This document shows positions 53,700-64,000 of a stretch of 64,000 nucleotides of DNA, piece after piece. The translations under genes and the position numbers were made by a program. Source of the DNA: Tubiluchus corallicola. Lineage: Eukaryota; Animalia; Priapulida. Location of the stretch: assembly GCA_030141605.1 (NCBI GenBank), contig JAQGDQ010000089.1:310001-374000 (forward strand), written 5' to 3'. The stretch's first letter is position 1; each line of letters begins with the position of its first letter. Under the pieces are notes generated by a model. That model ran no database searches. It was not told where the DNA came from and was given only the letters and a program-made list of their open reading frames with translations.

Positions 53700-54278
53700 T
53701 ATAATTTACAGGTTTTCTGCAGTGGGAGCATGCTGAAAATGAAAACAGTTGTTGATACGTGAAGGATTCTGGCTATCATCAAACCAAAATGCAAAAGAGG
53801 ACTATTATCAGTGCCACAGGAGTGGTGTATTTAAAGGACTTGGGTAAAGAAAGCAGCATCTGAAAGTACAAGGATCAATGAGGCAAAGATTTAAATGCTC
53901 TGCAAGACTAACATTCTGGACTAATAAAAATGGTAAGAAATTGTAGCTGTAAACGAGTTGACAATTTTTCTGACTAAGTAGTAAACTAAAATGCATTAGT
54001 GATTCATTACTTACTTTCGATTCTGGATGCATTCTTTAATTTAGTTTTGCATAACTAAAACTATAGATGCCTTCAAGTTACCAGAAATTTCTAGTGACTA
54101 AAAGCTAAATACGGTACTGTCCATCTTTCTGGTGAAAGTGCAAAGTATTTTTTATATATGAAAGCTGAATAAGGAAACTTGTAAAAGACTCATATTATTA
54201 TTATTTAATTCATATTATACTCACATTGATATTATTTTTTTAAGTTGCTATATTGGGTTCATTTTTATTAGCTTTGTT

Positions 54279-54329
<51 letters not shown>

Positions 54330-54560
54330 TTAATACTAACTATAGTAGTAACTTTTTCAGGAACAAAAGTAATATACTAATTGGTCCACTCACATAGCTT
54401 GGGTGGCATCAGCCATTTAATTCTACGGAAGGAAGAACAGCATGAAATAGTGGACATGTTGCCAACAGGAATATCCATTGACAAAATTGGACAACCTTGA
54501 AGCTAAAGTGTGTTGAGAGAGGAAATTTACTTTTTACTGTATGTAAAACATAAGTAGACA
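53700..54560 (+). pseudogene. Mutator/MULE-like transposase relic
   Basis: From 53803 the frame reads YYQCHRSGVFKGLG*RKQHLKVQGS, and near 54400-54500 HLILRKEEQHEIVDMLPTGISIDKI. Both match recalled invertebrate MULE N-terminal zinc-finger motifs. Stops are present. Confidence 0.6.
54282..54325. repeat. (AT)n microsatellite
   Basis: Read directly. Confidence 0.95.
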
Positions 54561-57500
54561 TTGACAAGCTGCAAGCATCGAGTTATCATTATTGTAATTC
54601 AAGAGCTGTGTTACCGTTGTGGCAAACTGATATGGCTGCAATTTTTACTATAACAAAGAACAATGTTAAACATTCCACTTAATTATATGCTTAAGATTGA
54701 TCTTAAATGCTGTCGAGTGCTAATACTGACTGACTGACTCATTGACTGACTCACTAACTGATTGATTGACTGAAATGACAGACTGATTGATTGCTAAATC
54801 GAGTGATTGATTTCGCGCTCTTTTTCTATTCTGTTTTTGCTATGTAAACACATAAACCTAATTTCTGGGCTTCTAAATTGCTCGTGCTTGTAAGTTAATT
54901 ATGGTTTCATTTTGGTTAGTTTCTACGTAATATGACAGATATTAATCAGGAATACGTGAGTAGTACTATGTATCTATTAAGGCAGTGCAGAGGCTTCGAG
55001 AAACGTAACAGCTGGGGGATGGTGGTGTTGGAAGAGTGATATTGGCCGAGAGCTTCCCCAATTGGGTCTGCCGTGGCTGGAAATAGACAAAAATTAATGT
55101 TCTATATTTTTTAAGCTTTTAGAGGACCTTTTTGGCAACTTAATATTAAAAATACAAGGCTATGTGAGTTTAATTCAATTGAAGTCATAACCGTACTCGT
55201 ACGCGTTGGGCTTATTGGTTGACTGACTGTCTGCAGAGTGCTAGACATACATGTATATCTTAATGCAGATCCTAGCGCCATCTGTTGTGTCAATAAATTA
55301 CTGTTAAGACAAGAAAAATTTTTGTTTCAGTACTTTTAATGCTTTATGCCACCGAGGTAGCAAATGGCTGGATTATCACGAAATCAGTACTTTTTATGCG
55401 GTCGTCATTTGGTGTGATCCTTATTATCGTTGTTATCATCTTTGTCACAATCGGGTTTTTACGCTTTTTGTTTTAAACAAATTGCTAACTGCATCAAAAA
55501 GATTTTCATACTAATTTTTATACCAAGCTGTCAAGGCATGAATTTGGTTCAAATCTGGCCAGGCTCAGCCCAATTTTTTCGAATTTGTTTTCGCCTGGCT
55601 GTTTCAAAACTATTAACAATGCTCTGCTTACATTGCTACCCCTTGAAAGTGACATCTTACTAAACTTACATAACTAAGATCACTTCGTTTCTAGTTGTGC
55701 TACCTTACTACAACTGCTCAAATATGTGGCAATAAAACCATTACTTGTGAAATCGGCATCCGTTGCATTTATTACCTTGACAAATTTAAATGTTGTCCAT
55801 CGTATCAATGTCTGTATTATAAGTTGTGTATGGCTATTGTTTATTGTTAGACTGATTATTGAGCAATAATTACGTTTGGATGATTATTAATACTTAGATT
55901 AATAAATTGTTTAGATTGTTAATCTTTGGCTTGAAAAATAATATGATTCTGCAAATATGGAATAATCGATCAGCATGCCGATACGCATGACGATAATCAG
56001 CATGTGCTATTGCATGATTCTGTTCCGAGGTCCGACGCTCGACAGAACTCTACGTAGGTCTTCCGAAGGCTGACGACTCAGTTCGGTGGGCGGTCGAAGC
56101 CTGCACCCCCCAATTGGTGATGCTGGTAGTTGTTGCATAGTTTACAGTCAAAAATCGTAGAAAAACAAATCAAACCGAATTTTAGAGTTCAAAAGCGACA
56201 ATTTAAAGCCAAAAAACATAAACCCAGTAACCATGCCTAAGATCTAGAAAAATTCCCGCCACTAGACAGGCAGACAGGTGTGAAACACACTATAAAACTG
56301 AATTCCGACAACTGGCAACGTCACGTGATAGTTTGTCCTTTAAAATTGTTTTTGTACAGGAAACAAATAGCTCAACCAATTGCAGATAATGTTATTGGCT
56401 TCCTCATTTAACGCTGGATCACGACATTACCTGCAGGTTGAATGGTCAGGTATGCATAATTATAAGGCACGTTCACAACTTTTCGGGCTCATATTGCTCT
56501 ATATTATAATATCGCTTTTCATTTGTGTGTGAGGTTTTATTTCCGAAGCTTACAATTGAATTTATGTATAGATAACTAGTCAGAAATATTTTTATTTTCT
56601 ACCTGCATAATACTAATCCAAAAGGTAGTTATTTTAACTTTTATTAATTTCTATCATCAGTAATATTGATGAAAACGCGTAACAGTATTAATGATAACGT
56701 AGCACTAATTTCTAAGGAAATGTTTGTTTACATAAATTGTTTTAATATCGTACCGGTTTACTGTAAGTTCTAAAGACAGTTGACGATGATCAATGATATA
56801 AGGTCGAAACGTTCTCGTTCTGGAAGTTGTGTGGATGATTTAAATAAACTCCTTTATAATCCTAAAAGAATAAGTTAAAATGCCCATAAATCTAAAAAAA
56901 TCTTTATTTTTTCTTCAGTGCGCCCTCTCGGACTTCAACAGTTGCACAGAAAGATACAATAATAAAAAATTGCAGATGAAACTACATATAAAATAACGGT
57001 GTATAATGTCAATAAAACAGGATACAAAAAGCATGAAGAGGCTGAATTAAAAACTAAACTAAGAGAAAAAGTAAAATTGCCAATTAAGAAAACAAAAGAG
57101 AATTAAACTGACAAACCTGACATCCGTTAAATATAACTAAGATCTTGAAAGATAACCAAATGTTTTCAAGCTATTACGATATTTAATTATTTTCAGGCTA
57201 AATTCTTTTATGCTCGCAGTTACTCATTATCAAACTTTCTTCCTCGTCCAACCCGCAGCACAAGTATAAGGCTTTTCGAAATAATGTTTGGATGGTGAAC
57301 ATACACACACACACACACGCACCCACACACAAATAATTTATGGTGTGCATATAAGGATGTGTATATTGCAACAGATCGAGTTACTGCTTGTTAATTTTTA
57401 TTAAACATGCCATTTTCTTATTAATTTTTTGGATACGTGGAGTTATGGATATTGAAATTATATAACTAATAATAATTCCTATAGTTGGCAATTGGCCAAA

Positions 57501-57744
57501 ATTTCTGACGGATAAGGATACGGATACACTATGGTACGGGTCGCTTCAATGGGAAATAGATTAGACTATAAATTCTATAATATGTGAATAGCCGCTGAAT
57601 CATAGATGGAGTTGTTGTGCCTATAGATAATTATGAAATGCATAATTATGTGTTCTGATTAATTATCATTTTGGTATGATTCATCATCGTGCCCTGATTA
57701 TTGTACGGAACTACCCATTGCAAAATACTTTGATCCAAAATGTC

Positions 57745-57872
57745 GTCCAGTCACGTGTCATAACAAACGCACGCCATTCGCATTTTATAGGTTCTTGTTG
57801 CTGCTGTAGTGTAGCTGGTTATACGAAGCACGAAGCTTAAAGTACATGTAAATTTAATGTAAATCTCGTGAG
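57745..57872 (+). promoter_or_regulatory. Putative promoter and non-coding first exon of the plus-strand gene
   Basis: GTCACGTGTC E-box (~57750) and CGCCATT YY1-like motif, followed ~100 bp later by the donor GAG|GTAAGC at 57872. Confidence 0.4.
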
Positions 57873-59159
57873 GTAAGCCTAAGATTTAGAAATTATTTGT
57901 GGTGTATTAAATTTTTAAAATGTCAAACTGTTATGCGAAGTTGTCTGCCACGGTTGTGCAGTGGGCCTAGTGCATTGGAATGGCTGATGCAATAAAAAAA
58001 TCGACGTGAAAACGCCTATTTTACACGAGCGTTGCACTATTCAAATTGTAAATTAAGTGGAGAAGTGTTTCTCTTCGGACCCAGATTTACAATTGTGTAC
58101 TATGTGTTTGCAGCGTTTTTCTGTGCTACTAAATGTGAACGAAAATGGTGTGATTATTGCTCGACCCTATGTGGACAACACTTCTTTTCAAGACGCATGC
58201 CCCTAACCATTGAATATTTTGAAGGTTCTTTGAAAACTTATAACACATTCAAACATCTGTTGTTGAAATCGGGTGTAATTATCTAACATTTATACAGTTT
58301 TTTTACTAGCTGATGCTTAATTTAGTTTAGTTCGTTCTATTTGTAGTCGGGCACAATAAAGCAATCGGAAAAGAAAATGTGCAGGTGCAATCCAGAATAA
58401 ATGTATGGCAGAATTATAAATACAATAGGCAAAGGGAATGAAGATGTAACGTGAAAATGAGAATGAACATTTGATTCTCAGGGGAATGTAATAAATCTGA
58501 ACATATCAGTATCGCAATGGCAAATGGGGAAAGGTATCATATTAAGTCCACTTACTTACTAATGCTTATTTTAATTCTTCTTGTTATGGACTATAGTCAA
58601 CATTCTTCTGTGAGTGTGAAACTTTATAAATGATATACTTCTGTTTTATGTCTATAATGCGGCCTTTTTTATATTTGAAAATATTTTGCTAGGATTTTAC
58701 ATGGTCAGTGAGATTGTTCCAAATTAATGGCCCAGTAAATGCAATGACGTGCTTAGCAACATTCATATGGAACTAATGATACAACTCCTTGACTTTGTTC
58801 AAGTTTTGAAAGTTATCTTCTACTATATGTAGTTTTATCTCATATTTGAAAAGCCATATCCCAGGCCCATCATCGTTTTCATCTTTTGCATTTTTAAAAA
58901 TCTTATTAACTTTCTTAGTTTGAGTAGCTATCCTTTTGGTATGGTAGGAAAACACCTAAAAAGGTGGTGCATTTTGCCTTGAGCACTAATTTTTCCTTAG
59001 ATGCAAACTTGCCATCATGCCCTCTGCTTGTTTCGTCATCTCCATGACTTTTTTAGTTTTCAATTATTTTAATCTTTGCATTTCTTCCTTGTTCAAAAGT
59101 GGTATGACAGTGTGACAAGTGACTTAGCATGTTATATTTATTTTACTGGTATCACTTAA

Positions 59160-59843
59160 AGCACAAGAAAACCCTTCATAAACTTAAAGCTTAAAAAATT
59201 CCTTTTGAAATTTCATATCACTTACATACTGCCTTTTTGCATGCAGGCCTTTAATCGACAGTCACGCTGTATAAAACATGTAAATTTGAACTCCCGCGAT
59301 GACCGTTAGACGCAGCCATTTTCACGACAGGTCATTTGAAACAAGTTTACATAATATTCTGTAAAGTTTGAAAAAATAATCAGAGCATTCGTAGCTCACA
59401 AGTCACTAACTACATAAAATTTAAAATTACTGTATCTTGTCAATAACATTAAAAATACGTTTTTGGTTAGTGAGTGGTGCACCTTGGAGGGTGAGTCAGC
59501 GACATTTTACCAATTGGTGAAAACATTTTAAATAATTAATAATTTTCATTTCTAGTTACACCAGTCTTTCTAGCAGGTAAGCGGAAAGCTAAGTAATATA
59601 GATTTGCATGGAAAAATTTTTGAGACATAATTTAACATTGCCTTTTCTTCCCTTGATTTACGTTTTCATACATGACGTCATGTAATGGCCACTTCGGAAC
59701 AGCATTGCGGGAGATTTAAAATGAAAACAAACTAAAATTCCTTTCAGTGCGAGTACGATATATGCATAAAATTGCTATAAAGTAATATAATTTTTTAAGG
59801 CGATTTTTCTGAAACCTACTTCAGGTACCCCTTTTCTTGTCCT
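59160..59843. mobile_element. Kolobok/T2-type MITE, different family
   Basis: TTAA|AGCACAAGAAAA ... TTTTCTTGTCCT|TTAA, i.e. TIRs with a TTAA TSD. Confidence 0.65.
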
Positions 59844-60775
59844 TTAAACTTAGAAAAATTTGCAAAAGACTGTCTATAAAGCATAAAGTTAATTTACACT
59901 GCCACTGAATAGAAATTTTTAAGCGTAATATTAACCGCCAGTCACTTGAAAATTATGATATAACTGTTGGACTTCGCGACTTTTTGTAAGCGCATTGTGG
60001 CTTTCCTTAAGTGCCTGCTTCTTAAACTAATTCAAACTTCTGCAGCTTAACTAATTTTCATGCAAAAATATCACAAAATTAGCTGTCAATTTTTTTGTGA
60101 AAATCATATTTTCGTATGATAGAAATTAACAGTGCGCTGCTTTTTTCAGTCGATAAACCATGTCATTGGTTTAAGAATGGGTGTTCAGAATGAGGGTGCC
60201 CAAGCGAATGAGTTCACAAATTGCACAAGGTGCTTTATTACTAAATCCTTTTAACATTTTTGCGAACATTGAAATAACTTCTCAGACGGCTTGGCCATTC
60301 TTTTAAAGATTGAAGCTGTGATGTGTTACAGATGTGAAACCTTTTGGCATCTTGGGTTCACACGTGTGTATTTGTCAACACATGGGTTCGTCTTATTGGA
60401 ATATGTTTTCTTCTATCCTTATTCCACTAACTAAAAAAACTTATGGTAGAAGTATATTACATACCCAAATATGTCAGCTGGAAGATTCATTTCTTAGCCA
60501 ATCATTTTGAGAGGCATCCAACTTTAGTTAGATTGACTTAAAATTTTCACATTTGTACCTAAAGTTGAGTGAGGTTTTTCAGGTGAGCTAAAGTCTAGTT
60601 TAGCCAGTTCTTTTTGAATTTAGTGTAACATGTGCACGATCCTGCTAAGTAACCACTTCTAGATGATGCACCACCACATTAACAGGCTTTACATTTTTAT
60701 TAAGAAAAGTATAAGGCTTTTAAAATTTTTGAATTTTTTTGACCTTTTATTTGCAGTGTAATATGAATTTTTATC

Positions 60776-60989
60776 ATGGAGTCAATGGCTAAATTTACCC
60801 GACAACTTTCACAGCATATTGACAAGGCAGTGAAAGCATCACAAGGTGGTGTTACATCAGATTCCGACACAGACAGGCTGCTAAAGCACAACCATTCGGA
60901 CACCAGCTTGTCCAGTCGTAGCAGCTGCAGCTCTGTTCCTACAAGTGGAGGTTTCTCAAACAAAATGGCTCCAACTCATCGTCTACCAG
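60776..60989 (+). CDS. Probable first coding exon of an unidentified gene divergent from ADAMTS
   Basis: Strong acceptor ccttttatttgcag| at 60756, atcATGG start, and donor CCAG|GTAGTT at 60989. The 71-codon, Ser-rich and more GC-rich frame reads MESMAKFTRQLSQHIDKAVKASQGGVTSDSDTDRLL...HRLP. No domain recognised. Confidence 0.6.
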
Positions 60990-61468
60990 GTAGTTATGCT
61001 AGCTACTGTGTCTTTAAAATCAAAGCAAGTGTGCTTACTAGTAGTGGTACATTGATTTCATTTTCATAATTGATTAACTGAATACAAATTTGATTTGAAA
61101 TCTGCTGTAATCGGTTTTCAGGCATAAAATTGATGGTTTTTAAGCATATATTAGCAACTTCAAAATTTTTAATAAGTAATTGTTTGAGTGTAAAGGTTTA
61201 TTACCTTAACCATTCCTGTTTTAATTACAGTGATGGTAGAAAAAGTAAACAGTATAAAGAATTAGTTTTAAATGAGACTATTTTTTTAGTTTGGAGTTTA
61301 CAAGACAGTCTAACAGAACTGCCATCGTCATTAGCTTGTTTATATGTACTTATATTTTATCATCAAAATCACATGCTTGTGCTTATGAGAAACCTTCTTG
61401 CCTAAGCAGCATTGCCAGATTGATAAATTACTGTGCAAAAGTAGTGCCATATTGCTATTTCAGAAGTA

Positions 61469-61617
61469 GTGCTGACAAGCCACTGGCATAGCAGAGTCTA
61501 GTTTTTTGCTGGATTATTGCTGTGCTTATCAGTCTTGATGGCAGATTTCTTTCATTTTAAAATTCTGTCTGCCTGTTGTCTACAATTGACATTATGGGCA
61601 TTTGATGATGACGATAA
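61469..61617 (+). repeat. Interspersed retroposon 3' end with (ATG)n tail, copy 2
   Basis: Aligns with 29587-29733. Confidence 0.7.
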
Positions 61618-62504
61618 TATCGTGCGGTTTTACGATTTTTCCAAACAATAAATGCAAATGGCATTGGTAATACAGTCGATTTGTATCGGCAGCTGAAAAA
61701 AATCCGTGATCATAAATAAAAACCCAAATCAATTATAAATATACTCAGCTAAATCGATTAATCAGTTCCACCGTTAGTGTTTACTTGTTTGTTCATGTGT
61801 TTATTGTATATGTGTGTATGTAGATAGATAGATAGATAGATAGATAGCAAAATGACTGAATGGGTTGCCAAAAAATTTGGTACAGTAACAAGTGGACAGG
61901 AAAAGTGACAAGGGCACAGTTTTATTTTTCAAAAAGCTTTGGGATAAAATTTAAGCAAACTTTTTGCCTAACGATGAATTTCTGTTGAAAAAGTTTCAAG
62001 TGATACTGGAATGAAATGCTGTAGAAAATTGCTAAATTATGTGTGCGGCTTTGCCCAATTGAATTTGTAAATTCGTTTTGTTATCTAAATTATACAGGTA
62101 AAAAAGTGGCCAGGTGTGATTTATTGCATCTTTAGCTGACATACCCGCCATGTATAGCCATTTTACCGCCGAATTTATAAAAATCACGTTATTTGTGACG
62201 TAAAATATTCAACTTAGACAATCTAACAAAAATTACTCAACTTAATCTGTGTTAAACAAATTCACTCAAATGTACATACTTTTTCTTGTGTTATCTACAA
62301 GTGTTTAAAAATGGCAAACCTGTCAACTTACCTGTACTTCAACACATACTTCTTTACTTTGACATTGTAGCAGTCATGTTAAGTATAGTCTTCTGATGAT
62401 AAACGTCAGTATTTGTTCCCTGTTCTGTAGCTCAAGTTCAGTTTTTTCTGTTAGCAAGAGATTTCACAATTTTCTGTTAATTGTGAAATAATTGTGAAAA
62501 AACT

Positions 62505-63000
62505 TTCAATAATAATAATAACAATAACAATAATAATAATTAATGACAATAATATTTGTTTTGTACAGTGTCTAAGTCTACAGACAAATGACTGCACATT
62601 CAAAGACATTTCACAAAAATACAGCTAAAATCATCTCATGACAGAATCATCTCAAGTTCACAAGATTGAACATTAAGCCTACGAAATTTCATAAAGAATT
62701 ACAATAACTAAATACATAAAAATGCACAGACTCATAACATGCGAGCATATTATGACAAATAATTTGATCACTTTTTTAAAGATAGTATGCTATTCTAAAT
62801 GAGTACGTTTTAATCTGTTTTTTAAAAGCACTAGTGTTTGAAACTGTCCTGATGCAGTTAGACAGACATAATTAAGCCCAGTTTAGGTGACATTTGAGTG
62901 ACGTTTTGCTGAAAGGATTCCAAATCCAGAGGTTTGGCAGCACTCTGGAAATGCTAGAATCACTGTAGACGTAATGCAATAGATCGAATGGATTGTAAAG
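62505..63000 (-). mobile_element. L2-like LINE 3' end
   Basis: FKNRLKRTH-like terminal motif on the minus strand at ~62800-62830, plus an (ATT)n tail at 62508-62540. Confidence 0.35.
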
Positions 63001-64000
63001 TGGGGAAATAAAATCTTTTAGTATTAGACTGCCATTTGCAGTGGAAAAATTGTGCAGATTTTTACAGCAAAATATGACTCGCAGTCTCGCAATATGTTAC
63101 GTCACATGAGTCACGTTCGTTTAAAATCCAAGTATAAGTGTATAGGTATTTGAAGCAGTGAATTTAAATCAATAAAACGCCCTGAAAAGTCTCTGATTTT
63201 AATTCGTGTTTAAGCTAATGCTGAGAAATGGAGGCATTTTTACACAGTTTGGCTTGCTGCAACTGCCATTTACCATCAAACAGCAAGTCTTCTAAATGTA
63301 GATGGTTGTGGTGGGACCAGAATCTAGCTCTTTGTCAAGGCTTCTCCATCTAAAAGGAGAAACTGCCCAGTTGCAGTTCAAATTGTAATTTATGTTTTTT
63401 TGTTTAATTCCCAGAAGGATTCTCGTTGTTAAATAGTTTTAGTGTATAGTAGGAAGTGCCTGCCTTTATGATTTTATCGTACACATCGAGTATCAATCAA
63501 TTTGTGGTTGATTCTCAGTGAGTTTATGTAACCGAGCAATTTTTATGTGTATCATTGAGAAAAACTGAGACAGTTGACAAAATTTGGAAGAAATGGAATT
63601 TCCTGCAGCTACATTACACATTGGTCTCTTTTTTTTAGTTAATTTAGCTTAGTTTATTTTACTCTTCTAACATGGACTCTCCATATCTGCATGCTCTAGC
63701 ACGCTTTACAATGGTTACAATGCTAACATTACATACCACTAAGATAATAAATTTTTGTAAAATTATAAAATGTCTAAAGTGGATCCAAAATACGGCAAGA
63801 ATTTAAAAATGTTAAAACCAGTCAGTTTTCAATTTAGATTAAAATATCAAAAAACTTGCATTATGAAGTTAAAAAATCTCTAAGAAGCATGCAAACATTT
63901 CAAACAAGTAAGCGTTCAATTCATGATTTATACAGTTAAAACTATGAAATTACAAAGACAATTTAAAATAGTTTTTAGGAATCAGAAAATGCTTTTAAGA

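Overview
AT-rich, repeat-dense animal genomic DNA (spliceosomal GT-AG introns, TTAGGG-containing repeats, microsatellites). No prokaryotic features or CRISPR arrays are present. The main gene is on the minus strand and has three phase-compatible exons (51159-51264 signal peptide, 45132-45514 and 27583-27733 prodomain) of an ADAMTS metalloprotease resembling the ADAMTS9/20/GON-1 clade. Its catalytic-domain exon was not found in the remaining 27.5 kb. A second, unidentified gene probably starts divergently on the plus strand (putative non-coding exon ending 57872, coding exon 60776-60989). The rest is intronic or intergenic and filled with transposon relics: a deleted PIF/Harbinger element carrying MADF/BESS and transposase pieces, TTAA-AG(G) Kolobok/T2-type MITEs, a hAT MITE, two solo LTRs with TSDs, a MULE relic, CR1/L2/RTE/Penelope fragments, Helitron-like ends, tRNA-derived repeats and minisatellites. 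I found no convincing wholly new biological system. The best leads are the orphan gene, an inverted pair of tRNA-like arms and a mini-element with a telomeric core. Family assignments come from recalled motifs, not from database searches.
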